A DNA stretch of 64,000 nucleotides from Pirellulaceae bacterium. GTDB lineage: Bacteria; Planctomycetota; Planctomycetia; Pirellulales; Pirellulaceae. The notes beneath the pieces were generated by a model. The model made no database searches. It saw only the letters and a list, made by a program, of their open reading frames with translations, and was not told the origin of the DNA. Both the position numbers and the translations under genes were made by a program. The stretch lies in NCBI GenBank assembly GCA_028280445.1, contig JANQLU010000130.1, positions 11,626 to 75,625 of the forward strand, read 5' to 3'. This document shows positions 54,758 through 64,000 of this stretch, piece after piece (within the stretch, counting starts at the first letter, position 1; every line of letters starts with the position of its first letter).

Positions 54758-56509
54758 ACCATGTCAAACGTTACCTTGCGATTTGTATTCGCTTGTCTGG
54801 TTGTGTTACTTTCTGGGGCATCCAATTGTCTCGCTCAAAAAGTATCTTCTGTAAAACTCAAATTTTTTCCTGATCAACGCACCTATTCGGCGTCCGGGAA
54901 AACGATGGTCGGATTCACCGGATCCCAAATAGTTGTCGTTGATTTGGAGAAAATGAAAGTTCGCAAACAGCATGATTTTGGCCGCGAACGCCGGCTGCGA
55001 TTTGCGGCAACCGACGACAAATCACTCTTTGTTAACTATCAAAACTCTTCTCAAATTACTCAGCTGGACATTGATACGCTGGAACAGAAATCCAAAAAAA
55101 TTTTTGGTGGTACGATCAATCAAATTTATCTATGCGGTCCCAGCCAAATTGCGTTGCGTTTTACCGAAACCAATCGCCGCAGTGCCGTCGGTGCGGTTTT
55201 CGATATGACGACCATGAAACAGGTTAAAAACCATCCGGAATCGATCGGGGTCGCGCGTTTTTATCACTCATCTCAAAAATTGCGGTTGCGGCGAGACGGG
55301 AATAAATTGGCCGTGGCAGATTATTTTGTGTACGAACTTGATACTGCAAAAATTGTTGCGATTCGAATGAATCTGCCGGGCATTGAAAATTTCACTGCTG
55401 AGCCACGGCGTTTGAATCGCGGCACCAGTCCTATACCACAAAACAGTGATCAGAATTCATTCGCCAATTCGATGGTGTGCGAAAATTGGGGCCGTCGCCT
55501 GATCAACTCGGGAAACGGCACACGTTTGGTTGATTTCGCCGGACGCCGGTTGGCAACAACTCAATGCACTCAGATTTCTGCGGATTATCCTTTGCTGGTC
55601 GGCTATTACGACGAGCGCTACGATAAAAATGGAAGACCCAAACGCGATGCGGTCTCGACGGGGTGTGTATATTTTCATGACTTGGTTTCCGGAAAATTCA
55701 TAGCCAGAATACAACTTTATCGCCACGACGACGTCCAAGGCACGCAGTATCGTTTTCAACAGATCTATTATTATCGAACACGATTAGATGTTCATGGCCG
55801 CCATGTTTTTGTGTTTGACGAGCGAAACAATTTCTATAAAACGGCGATTCCTGAAACGGTTATCAAGAAATTGGAAGCGCCGTTCCGTTTGCAACAGCCA
55901 GCAGTTGTTTCCGCCGATTTGACAAAAAAAACGACCGTTCAACTCAAAGCCGTCGGTGCGGACGAGATTCAATACAAACTCGAATATGCATTGCCTGGAG
56001 TCAATGTCGATTCAAAAACGGGGTTGCTCACTATCGATGGCCCAACGATCTGGAAAACGATTCTGGAACGTAAAACCAGCGATCTTGGCCTGGCGCTGAA
56101 CAGGGGTGTTATTCACCGCTCGGTCGTTTCGCCAAAGCAGCCGCAGGACCTCGTCAAACACATCGGTGCGCCCGACGGCAAAGCGTATTTTAATTTGCCC
56201 ATTCATGTGTCGGCCCAAAGTGATGGCGAAGCGACCGACAGCAGGATTTTTTTCGTCATCGGCTACGGCGACAAAAAACAACTTGATACTGTGGTTGCCG
56301 AAGCAGAAAAAAAACGTCAACAGGAACGTGAAAAACGACTTGTCGAACAACGCAAGCAGATGGAAGAACTCCGGGCAGAACAGGCCAAATCCGCGGAAAC
56401 TCGAGTCGCTGAACTCGAAGAACAGGTGGCTCGCCTCGAGGCGCTGTTTGACAAAGTGCAAACACGTCTCGACAAAATGCTCAAGGAAATGGACAAGTCA
56501 AAAAAATAG
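54758..56509 (+). CDS. Secreted hypothetical protein, paralog family member A (beta-rich N-region, Ig/cadherin-like motif, C-terminal coiled coil)
   Basis: Signal 'MSNVTLRFVFACLVVLLSGASNCLAQ'. The shared motif is 'FYKTAIPETV...LTKKTTVQLKAVGADEIQYKLEYALPGVNVDSKTGLLTIDGPTIWKT'. The C-terminal 70 aa form a heptad coiled coil. Confidence 0.5.
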   Translation, partial: TMSNVTLRFVFACLVVLLSGASNCLAQKVSSVKLKFFPDQRTYSASGKTMVGFTGSQIVVVDLEKMKVRKQHDFGRERRLRFAATDDKSLFVNYQNSSQITQLDIDTLEQKSKKIFGGTINQIYLCGPSQIALRFTETNRRSAVGAVFDMTTMKQVKNHPESIGVARFYHSSQKLRLRRDGNKLAVADYFVYELDTAKIVAIRMNLPGIENFTAEPRRLNRGTSPIPQNSDQNSFANSMVCENWGRRLINSGNGTRLVDFAGRRLATTQCTQISADYPLLVGYYDERYDKNGRPKRDAVSTGCVYFHDLVSGKFIARIQLYRHDDVQGTQYRFQQIYYYRTRLDVHGRHVFVFDERNNFYKTAIPETVIKKLEAPFRLQQPAVVSADLTKKTTVQLKAVGADEIQYKLEYALPGVNVDSKTGLLTIDGPTIWKTILERKTSDLGLALNRGVIHRSVVSPKQPQDLVKHIGAPDGKAYFNLPIHVSAQSDGEATDSRIFFVIGYGDKKQLDTVVAEAEKKRQQEREKRLVEQRKQMEELRAEQAKSAETRVAELEEQVARLEALFDKVQTRLDKMLKEMDKSKK

Positions 56510-56526
56510 CTAACCACTCCAAAAAT

Positions 56527-58368
56527 ATGATCATGAATACTATCTGTAAAATCATTGTCATACCTGTCGTCTGTTTGTTGGCGATACCTTTACCGGCTCA
56601 GGAAAAACCAGTCACACAATCGTTGCGTACCGATTACTTAATCCTCAATTGGACCGTTTCGAATTCTGGCAAAACCATTGTTGCCGTCGGCGTCGAAAAA
56701 AAAGCCAACCGCTCGGTCGTTCGATCGCAAGATATCGATGGAAAAATCCTGGTGATTGACGCGGAAAAAATGAAACTGGTCAAAACTCAAGCACTGACCA
56801 AACAGTTGGCTTGTCTCGTAACCACCGATGACGCCATTTTCCTGTTTCCACGCGAAAGCCAGTTTATTTATCGGCTGAAGATTGAAAACCTGAAAGACCG
56901 TAAAAAAGCGCTAATGCCCGGTCTCGCTTATATCGCCCAATGCGATCTCAACAACAAAATCCTCGCGCGATTCCGCAACAAGTCCGGGATCATTACGATC
57001 GACCCGGAAACACTCAAAATTGTCAAAGACGATCCGCGAAGTCTGGATCGACAACATATGATTCGAGAATATCGAATGGGATCAGTGCCAACGGTCATTC
57101 AGCGATTTCAAAACATCCAGTTGACGCGGCAAATCTACTACGATTTGAAAAAACAAAAAATGATCGGGTTGGCAACTCCGCTCAGAATGTTTCCAACTTT
57201 CGAGTACGTGCAAAATCCTTATCAACAGATTTCGAGATATGCCAGTCTGGGACCTTGGGCGCGTCATACGAATGGCAGGATTTTGACAGACGACGGAGGA
57301 ACTCAGATCTGCGCCTTGTCAAACAGGTCAGTGATTAGCCCCGACATTCCAATTATCATTTCGGAAAACGCAAACTTCGATGGCCATTCGACGCGAGATG
57401 CACGTGTCAAATTGGTCTATCGGGAATTGGAAAGTGGCGAGCCGTTGGCAGAGCATCAATTCTACAAAATAAATCAGCGATCAATTTTCAATTCTCATGG
57501 ACAGCTGACAATGCAGGTTCGCGGTAGAAACGTGTTCGCAATGCACGGCGAATCGTTTTACAAAACGACGATTCCCAAAGATGTCGTGACCAAAGCAACA
57601 AAAACACTGCATTTCCAGGCCTCGGAACAACCGCTGATTGATCTGACGAAACAACAAAAAATCAAATTCAAAATTTCGATGACTGACAACGTCGAATTTG
57701 AATTGTTGACAAAACTCGAACACGTGACGGCCAATAAAACGACAGGCGAAATCGCCATTGACGGACCGGCGCTGTGGCAGAAATTCCAAACGGATATCAA
57801 AAATTCGGCTCAGCATTACAACAGCAGTCGTCAATACTACTGGCCTGATCAACAAATGGAATCGACTGAAAAACCGCTCGCCAAATTGCTGAATATTCCC
57901 GCTGACAAACAACCGATCAATTTACCATTGGTGATTCAAGCGACCGATGAAACGGGGTTCCGTGCAATCCATTGTTATAACCTGATTGCGATTGGGCCCT
58001 CCAAAGAGTTTCTCGCCGCGCAACAGACCATTCGCGACGCAACCATCAAACGGTACCGTGAGGAGCAACGAGCGCTCGCCGAATCGCGGCGCAATCAACG
58101 GTACGGACGCGGCGACAATCGAAATTCAGATCCGGTCGGCAGACGGCTTGATCGACTGAAAAGTCGAATTGGCTATTTGGAAAACGAACTTCAGGATCTG
58201 GCCAATATGATGGACAACTATGACAAAAAAGGTGTCTTTGCGACAGACGAACAAATCAAGCGAAATCAAATTCCATTTCGTGGAAAACGAGGCGTTCCCA
58301 AAGTCATCGGTCCGAAAAACGAAAGTCAAAAAAAATCAGGTGCTAAAGCAGTCGTTGACCAGCCATGA
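56527..58368 (+). CDS. Secreted hypothetical protein, paralog family member B
   Basis: Signal 'MIMNTICKIIVIPVVCLLAIPLPAQE'. It has 'FYKTTIPKDV...LTKQQKIKFKISMTDNVEFELLTKLEHVTANKTTGEIAIDGPALWQKF'. The C-terminal region is Arg-rich/coiled ('ENELQDLANMMDNYDKKG'). Confidence 0.5.
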   Translation: MIMNTICKIIVIPVVCLLAIPLPAQEKPVTQSLRTDYLILNWTVSNSGKTIVAVGVEKKANRSVVRSQDIDGKILVIDAEKMKLVKTQALTKQLACLVTTDDAIFLFPRESQFIYRLKIENLKDRKKALMPGLAYIAQCDLNNKILARFRNKSGIITIDPETLKIVKDDPRSLDRQHMIREYRMGSVPTVIQRFQNIQLTRQIYYDLKKQKMIGLATPLRMFPTFEYVQNPYQQISRYASLGPWARHTNGRILTDDGGTQICALSNRSVISPDIPIIISENANFDGHSTRDARVKLVYRELESGEPLAEHQFYKINQRSIFNSHGQLTMQVRGRNVFAMHGESFYKTTIPKDVVTKATKTLHFQASEQPLIDLTKQQKIKFKISMTDNVEFELLTKLEHVTANKTTGEIAIDGPALWQKFQTDIKNSAQHYNSSRQYYWPDQQMESTEKPLAKLLNIPADKQPINLPLVIQATDETGFRAIHCYNLIAIGPSKEFLAAQQTIRDATIKRYREEQRALAESRRNQRYGRGDNRNSDPVGRRLDRLKSRIGYLENELQDLANMMDNYDKKGVFATDEQIKRNQIPFRGKRGVPKVIGPKNESQKKSGAKAVVDQP

Positions 58369-61340
58369 AAAAATATACTTACATCTTGTCAATCGTCGGT
58401 TTGCTCGTCAGCCAGATTGCCATCGCGCAAAAGACCGATGTGATCAAAATCAAAGGGCGCTTTGATCGTGCCTGGGTGATGGATCCAGCAAGTGATCGCA
58501 TTTTTGCCACGAATGCAAATCCTGACGAAGACGGCGGGGTTGATGAATTTGATCCGAAAACGGGCGATACGATCAATTTGCACAAAGCCATCAAAGGTGG
58601 TAACAGTTTGGCAACCAAAAATGGCAAGATGTTTATTGCCTATACCAAATCTCGCCGGAATTATGTGGCTGTATTCGATCTGGAAAAAAACAAGCTGACC
58701 AAAAAACAAATCTATTATGCGTCTCGTCCCATAACACTGTTGACCAATCGCCATACCAAATGGGTCTATGCGTTGTCCGATGGAAGACGTGTCAACCAGT
58801 TGAATCCCGAAACTGATCGGACCGACAAATCACACTACCTGCAAAACGGGAAACTCTATCGAGGTTGTCTGGCCAATGACGGAACAACATTTCTGGGCGG
58901 TTCATTGGGCGCGAATTGGGAACCGAAATTGTTTCGACTTCACCAACCCTACCCCAACAATACTCACACCGAATATCGGGTTGAAGATACCAAAGTTCAA
59001 TCGACATCGGCGACGACCGTCAACTCGCTTTACTTTCGAAATTACTGGGCAATCGGCAATCAGGTATGGAACTCCGAACTAACGGAAAAATTAAGCGAGT
59101 TTCCCGGACAGATTATCGTCGATCACCCCACGCATGATCTTGCCGTCTCGTACGACCGACAACATATTTTTATCTCGCAATTCAGTTCCGGCAAACTGCT
59201 TGAAAAAATTCAGATCGCGGACGAAAAACCGAAACGCGGTTGGTCGAAACAGCCGATGGTCAGTTTTTCATCTAAGAACGAATTCCTGTTTGTTGGCGAT
59301 GAAAAAAATGGCTATATCGTTCCGATCGAAAAATTTTTGAAACGAGCGGGAATCCGCGTCAACATTGTCGGGCCGACATCGGTTCGAGCTGGCTTTAGCA
59401 ATCCACTTGAAATTCCGCTTTCAACTGGCACGAACGCAGCAAATGTCGGTGAAGTCAAAATCAAATTGGAACGCGGCCCGCAAGGCGCCAGCCTTCGTGG
59501 CAACAAAATTGTCTGGTCGCCCTCGCGAAAAGACATTGGCCAGCATGAATTTGTCGTTTCTGCGTCAAACGGTTCGAAAACAGATAGCCTGACGATCAAA
59601 TGCGAAATCATCAGCGCACCATTGAAATTGGGGCTGAACAAAAGAATGTGGAAACTGTCCAATGACCAACGTTATGCGGTCATCGTCGGCGGTGCATTGG
59701 TCGACCCGTCGCGCCGTTTCGGTGCAGAAAAACAGGATCATATCCAGATCGTCGATTTGAACGAACAGAAATCATTAGCAGTTAAAAAAATTACCAAAAA
59801 CATCAGTAATTTCTTTGTGATTGGTGACTACGTTTTTGCCAATGTCCGGCAAAATCAATATCTATATCGTTACTCCATCAAAGATCTTGATGCCGAACCA
59901 CGGCGGGTGTTGCTGCAAGGTTATGTTCAATCACTTGATCTGCAACCCGACGGCAAACTGCTCGTTCGCCTCGGGGATCAACATTACACTCGAGGTGTTC
60001 AAGTCCTGGACTACGAAACGTTCAAGATTGTAAAAGACGATCGCCGCTCAAAACCTGCGCGCCAACAAGCTTACAACACGGTAAAACCTCGATTCGGATT
60101 TGAAAAAGGTGTCTGGTCCGATAGCAGTCTCGTGTTTGATCGCAACAACAAAATCATTTCGACAATCGGGCCCGTTTTTAATCAATTGAGATACACGGAA
60201 TCGAATCCAAATACGAATTACCGGCGTAGAAATTTACCCGTATTGCACCCTCGCATGCAAAAACATCTGAGTTCGATGCCTAGTCATTCGTTCGGCAGCG
60301 CGCAACGCTCTGAAATTCTTTGGTCGCGTTTGTTGAATCGAAATTTGTACGATACGCGGGGCTCCAAGATTTTGGATTTCAATGGCTATGCCGCGTTGCA
60401 CCCAGATTACCCCATGGCGATGCGAATTCGATTCGAAGTAAAACGTGTCAATTCCGGACGACAGAATATCAAACGGATTTATCTCGATGCGTATGAGTTA
60501 GTCGAAGGTGAAAAAATCCTGAACGATGTCGTGCATGAACAAACGACATCCCAATATGGCTCATCGCATTTTGGCACAAGCGGCAGTCACGGCGATTCCC
60601 CATTTCATATTTTGGGAAAGACCGTTGTGATTTTTGATCGAGACCAACTGCATTTCGCTACGATTCCAGAAAAAGCGATCCAGCGTGTTCGAAATCCGTT
60701 GATGCTGCAATTCCCGACTCGGCATCAAATCGATCTGTCACAAAAATCCGAGTTCAAAATACCTTGTAATCAATCCAAAGATTTGACGTTCGAAATTGAT
60801 CAGGTGTATGAAGGCGTTACTGTTGATGAAACAAACGGTGTTTTGAAAATCGATGGCCCAAAACTGTTGGCGAAAACGATGGAACAACGCGGTCGCTATT
60901 TTCGCGAAACCGACGAAATAAAAGTGTTGCAGAAAAAATTATCGATTCCCGAAGACCGGGTTGTTTTCTCGATGCCACTGACGATACGCGTCAATGATGA
61001 CACCGGCCAATTCGATTCACTGAGATATTCGCTGCTTGCCACCATTGATCGAAAAAAATTCGGCACGTTGATGGCGAAACGACAAGAACGCGAATTGGCG
61101 CAACACCGCAAAATGGTCCAACAACGATTGGAGCAAATGCAAAAGCAACTCAAAGCGCTCGCAGCCGAAGCAGAATCGGCCAAAAAAGACGTGGGCCAAG
61201 GGTCGGTCGAAAAGCGAGTAGAAAATTTGGAGAAACGTATCGAAGCTTTGCAAGCGAAAATGCGGTATTACGTGGAACAAATTCGCGCCAAACTCGAACC
61301 GCCAAATGTGGACCAATCTCCGATTGAAGACCGAAAGTAG
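58365..61340 (+). CDS. Secreted hypothetical protein, paralog family member C (991 aa, longest)
   Basis: Signal 'MKKYTYILSIVGLLVSQIAIAQ'. It has '...LHFATIPEKAI...LSQKSEFKIPCNQSKDLTFEIDQVYEGVTVDETNGVLKIDGPKLLAKT'. The C-terminal coiled coil is 'LEQMQKQLKALAAEAESAKKD...VENLEKRIEALQAKMRYYVEQIRAKLE'. Its ATG overlaps the stop of member B (ATGA). Confidence 0.5.
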   Translation: MKKYTYILSIVGLLVSQIAIAQKTDVIKIKGRFDRAWVMDPASDRIFATNANPDEDGGVDEFDPKTGDTINLHKAIKGGNSLATKNGKMFIAYTKSRRNYVAVFDLEKNKLTKKQIYYASRPITLLTNRHTKWVYALSDGRRVNQLNPETDRTDKSHYLQNGKLYRGCLANDGTTFLGGSLGANWEPKLFRLHQPYPNNTHTEYRVEDTKVQSTSATTVNSLYFRNYWAIGNQVWNSELTEKLSEFPGQIIVDHPTHDLAVSYDRQHIFISQFSSGKLLEKIQIADEKPKRGWSKQPMVSFSSKNEFLFVGDEKNGYIVPIEKFLKRAGIRVNIVGPTSVRAGFSNPLEIPLSTGTNAANVGEVKIKLERGPQGASLRGNKIVWSPSRKDIGQHEFVVSASNGSKTDSLTIKCEIISAPLKLGLNKRMWKLSNDQRYAVIVGGALVDPSRRFGAEKQDHIQIVDLNEQKSLAVKKITKNISNFFVIGDYVFANVRQNQYLYRYSIKDLDAEPRRVLLQGYVQSLDLQPDGKLLVRLGDQHYTRGVQVLDYETFKIVKDDRRSKPARQQAYNTVKPRFGFEKGVWSDSSLVFDRNNKIISTIGPVFNQLRYTESNPNTNYRRRNLPVLHPRMQKHLSSMPSHSFGSAQRSEILWSRLLNRNLYDTRGSKILDFNGYAALHPDYPMAMRIRFEVKRVNSGRQNIKRIYLDAYELVEGEKILNDVVHEQTTSQYGSSHFGTSGSHGDSPFHILGKTVVIFDRDQLHFATIPEKAIQRVRNPLMLQFPTRHQIDLSQKSEFKIPCNQSKDLTFEIDQVYEGVTVDETNGVLKIDGPKLLAKTMEQRGRYFRETDEIKVLQKKLSIPEDRVVFSMPLTIRVNDDTGQFDSLRYSLLATIDRKKFGTLMAKRQERELAQHRKMVQQRLEQMQKQLKALAAEAESAKKDVGQGSVEKRVENLEKRIEALQAKMRYYVEQIRAKLEPPNVDQSPIEDRK

Positions 61341-61432
61341 TAATCGGGATGGCGATCAGTAAGCGACAACTTGTTTCAACCCGTCCTTAGCCGATACAAC
61401 CGCGGCTCGGCAGGAGCCTCGCCCTCCCGATT

Positions 61433-62068
61433 TCAAGGGCTTCGCAAATATCCTGTCAGCAATCGCACCAACTCCTGGCAAAGCTCTTTTTTTGGGATTT
61501 TCAACGTTCGTGATTGCGGCGCAAGTGGATAATGCAACCGATTTCGACAAGCAACCGCCATAAAATACAATCCGAGTTCCGCGGCGCGTTTCGGGTCGTC
61601 GTGCGTGATTTCGGACCGAAAATTTAAAAGGGCATCAATCAAAAACGCATACTGTTTGCGACGCCGATCAGAAATCTTTTTTGATTCGGCCGATTTGGGA
61701 GAACGAGTTACGTATTCAAACAACGCCCGACTAAGGTTTGGAATCTCACCCCAGGTGTCCACTAAATGTTGGACAATGATTTCGGCGGTCTCGTCCAACG
61801 AACCAGCGGCCGCGACCGATGTCTCAAGATCCGCAACTCGCTGCTTGAGTTGCTGATCATATTCAGCGTATAGCACCGTTAACAAAGCGTCTTTGTCACG
61901 AAACCGTGCGTAAAACGATCCAATTGACGTTCCCGCCTCGTCAACGATTTGCCGAATGGAGATCGACTCAAACAGTTCCCGCTCCAATAACCTTTCGGTC
62001 GCCCGCAGGATTCGGTCCTGTGTTTCACGACTGCGATCTTGTTTGGCAGGTTGCAATGGTTGGCTCAT
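61433..62068 (-). CDS. TetR/AcrR-family transcriptional regulator
   Basis: 'SRETQDRILRATERLLERELFESISIRQIVDEAGTSIGSFYARFRDKDALL' is the TetR HTH signature. Confidence 0.8.
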   Translation of the reverse strand: MSQPLQPAKQDRSRETQDRILRATERLLERELFESISIRQIVDEAGTSIGSFYARFRDKDALLTVLYAEYDQQLKQRVADLETSVAAAGSLDETAEIIVQHLVDTWGEIPNLSRALFEYVTRSPKSAESKKISDRRRKQYAFLIDALLNFRSEITHDDPKRAAELGLYFMAVACRNRLHYPLAPQSRTLKIPKKELCQELVRLLTGYLRSP

Positions 62069-62224
62069 ATTTGTAAATTAGAACAATGTTCTAATTTTAT
62101 CAAGTCCGGATATATTTAGTTAATGATCGAAGTCATCACCGAGGCCCGCAACGTTCGTCGACAGCGGAAATCATCCTCGAAAACCAATGCACTAGTTGGC
62201 ATTAAATAACTGCCAAACAATCGA

Positions 62225-62638
62225 GTGGAGAAAATAGAGATGATCAAACGTATTGGAATGTTTTTATTGGCCATCGTGATCGGCTATTTCACGATGATTT
62301 TATTAATCTTTGTTGCCCAGGATCTGATTTTTGGTGGAGTCAGTTTTTATAAGACACCTTTGCCTCAACTGCTAATGGCAGGAGCGCTGACAACAACTGC
62401 CGCGATTGTCGGTGGGGCCGTTGCGGCATGGAGTTTTGGAAAGCCATTTTTTCCACCGGCATTGGCGATATGCGGATTGGTGGTCCTGGAAACCACCTAC
62501 ATGATTCTAGCTCAGCGACTTGAGGGGCCTGTTTGGTTTGACGTGGCGGCATCCGGTTCGTTGTTATTCGGAATCTTGTTGGGAGCCTTTTTTATTCGAT
62601 TGCGAAAACCAACACCCGCAGCAAATGCTTCGGTTTGA
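62225..62638 (+). CDS. Small 4-TM membrane protein, hypothetical (divergent from the TetR gene)
   Basis: 137 aa, four hydrophobic helices, GGAGA 6 nt upstream. Confidence 0.45.
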   Translation: MEKIEMIKRIGMFLLAIVIGYFTMILLIFVAQDLIFGGVSFYKTPLPQLLMAGALTTTAAIVGGAVAAWSFGKPFFPPALAICGLVVLETTYMILAQRLEGPVWFDVAASGSLLFGILLGAFFIRLRKPTPAANASV

Positions 62639-62724
62639 TTGATTTTGGACGACTCAAGGTCCGTCAGGCGGGAGACGAGTCGGTGTCAACGCGACGAAAT
62701 TACGATTTTGCCGCCGACGAATAT

Positions 62725-63651
62725 TTATTTTTTTGACTCGTCAGTACGCTGCACGTATTTGCGAGAATCGGCGTCCCATTGGTAGTTTTTGCCATGTTGC
62801 TTCCACCACTTTGAAACTTCAACACCATCGGGGACCGACACGATCCGTTCCAGGTGCTGTGCGATTTTAGGATGCGTTTCGGCGAACTCCGCCAGGTAGA
62901 TGACGTCACGTTCCAATTGAAATTGCTCAATGATCTGCCGCCATTGGGCAAATTTTTTGACGATCATCCGGACACGTGTTTTCGCTTCGATGCTACTTGG
63001 TCGGCTATTTTTCAAAAACTGATATGCCGGCTCGCCGATTGACAACAATGCCTTACTGGCGGACTCGCGCGTTGCGAATTGTTTGCTTTCCAATTGCAAA
63101 ACGAGATTTTTAAATGTTTTGATTTCCGTTTTTTCTTGCTGCACCATCGTTGCCAGGTATTTGGCGATCTCAGGAACGTGAGTCAGCGAGCGACGATATT
63201 CTTCCAGTTTCGCATCGATCTTGGCAACCAATTTTTTGTCAAAAAAAGCGTCTTTGCGAGAGCCGAAGAACCGAGCAAACTCTTTGCCATCAGAATCCAA
63301 CAACAAAAAATACCACGAATTGTGGCGCAATCGATATGTTTTGGAAAACGCGGATTCACCGTCATTAGAATCGTGAATAACAAATTCAAATTTTTTAGAA
63401 TACTTTGCGAACTGACCGTTCGACAGTGGCGATTTTTTTAAATCGCTACAATATGCGCTTCATATCCCGTCGTAAACATAGACCAGAATCGGCACGCCGC
63501 GCTGCCGCGATTTTTTCTTGGCGTCGTCCAACAATTTTTCTTGAACGCCAGAGACTGGCTCGACAAGTTTGCCGCTCACGGGTTGCGACACACAAACGAA
63601 CAAAGTCAACAAACAGATCCAGCGAGCGTTTCCAGGCAACCAATCATTCAT
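62725..63651 (-). pseudogene. Thioredoxin-fold (Thioredoxin_7/DUF255-like) secreted protein gene interrupted by a single in-frame TGA at 63460-63462
   Basis: Upstream piece: signal peptide + 'LLDDAKKKSRQRGVPILVYVYDGI*'. The same frame continues as 'SAYCSDLKKSPLSNGQFAKYSKKFEFVIHDSNDG...RHNSWYFLLLDSDGKEFARFFG'. The TGA sits where W is expected in a W-C/S-x-x-C motif ('I-[TGA]-SAYC'). Confidence 0.45.
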
Positions 63652-64000
63652 CTCAATCTCCTTGAGACACGACGTCGCTCAATGCCAACGACGCGTTTTA
63701 TAAAAATCGTCGACCTGATTTTACAAACCCATAATCTCCCACCTCGATTGTGTGGGAGACGTTTTTAGCAATCAACAAACCAATTGTAACAGGCTTTGTC
63801 TACAGCAGTAAACAAAACATCCGGTAATGCATCGGTCGGTGTGAAACAACAAACAATCTGGTTCTGTGCCGTGAATATTCGGGATGAAAGTCATTGTTAG
63901 GCCTGATCGAGGTGCAATCCGTCGACAGCGGCTTTGGCAAAATAAGTAACCTGTTGAATTCTATTTTCCAATCTCATTTCTCAGCCATGCCCGAGCATAA

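Noticed and set aside
63429-63462. Selenocysteine (SECIS-directed) decoding of the in-frame TGA
   Set aside because: The TGA replaces a Trp rather than a Cys in the thioredoxin-like motif. The downstream hairpin has an AAAA/TTTT loop without the conserved G/U apical features, and no Sec machinery is visible in the window. Nonsense mutation or sequencing error is more parsimonious. It is kept as a low-probability alternative in the findings.
1-64000. tRNA / rRNA / tmRNA genes
   Set aside because: Scanning for T-loop (GGTTCGAWTCC-like) and anticodon-stem patterns and for rRNA-like conserved blocks found nothing convincing. A covariance-model scan (tRNAscan-SE/Infernal) would be needed to be sure.

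Overview
The window is 64 kb of Planctomycetota-like chromosome. Signature families support this assignment: two DUF1501 / PSCyt-DUF1549-DUF1553 gene pairs, an SHD1-domain protein, two BlaI/BlaR1-like (M56) pairs, a Tat-signal Gfo/Idh/MocA oxidoreductase, an HTH-receiver regulator and a PEP-CTERM protein. About 45 protein-coding genes are supported. Housekeeping and accessory functions include PhoX phosphatase, RsgA GTPase, an HD-GYP phosphodiesterase, a thioredoxin-like oxidoreductase, PLD-like and EEP nucleases, a metallophosphoesterase and a TetR regulator. No rRNA, tRNA or CRISPR array was recognised. The non-coding DNA is dense with structured repeats of at least four families. One is a 22-bp-stem REP-like hairpin present in 8 copies, mostly at gene 3' ends. 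Another is a mosaic BIME/MITE-like family; its full-length ~450-bp copies occur twice in direct orientation flanking a response-regulator gene and share a ~165-bp core bounded by terminal inverted repeats that vary in a compensatory way. The less ordinary loci are listed here.
1. Two BlaI-BlaR1 modules whose M56 peptidases carry non-canonical C-terminal sensor regions (8 tandem 40-aa KAGK-SKEEA repeats in one, CarboxypepD_reg-like beta-sandwich repeats in the other).
2. A zinc-ribbon-tagged SPFH(flotillin-like) / FHA / Ser-Thr kinase trio.
3. A secreted cluster of two transglutaminase-like paralogs (one apparently lacking the catalytic Cys) followed by three paralogous large proteins with a shared Ig/cadherin-like motif and C-terminal coiled coils.
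4. A 900-aa PEP-CTERM surface protein with ~137-aa near-identical repeats.
5. A thioredoxin-fold gene interrupted by a single in-frame TGA exactly at the conserved Trp of the W-C/S-x-x-C motif.
All functional calls are motif- and architecture-based from reading the translations. No database search was run.
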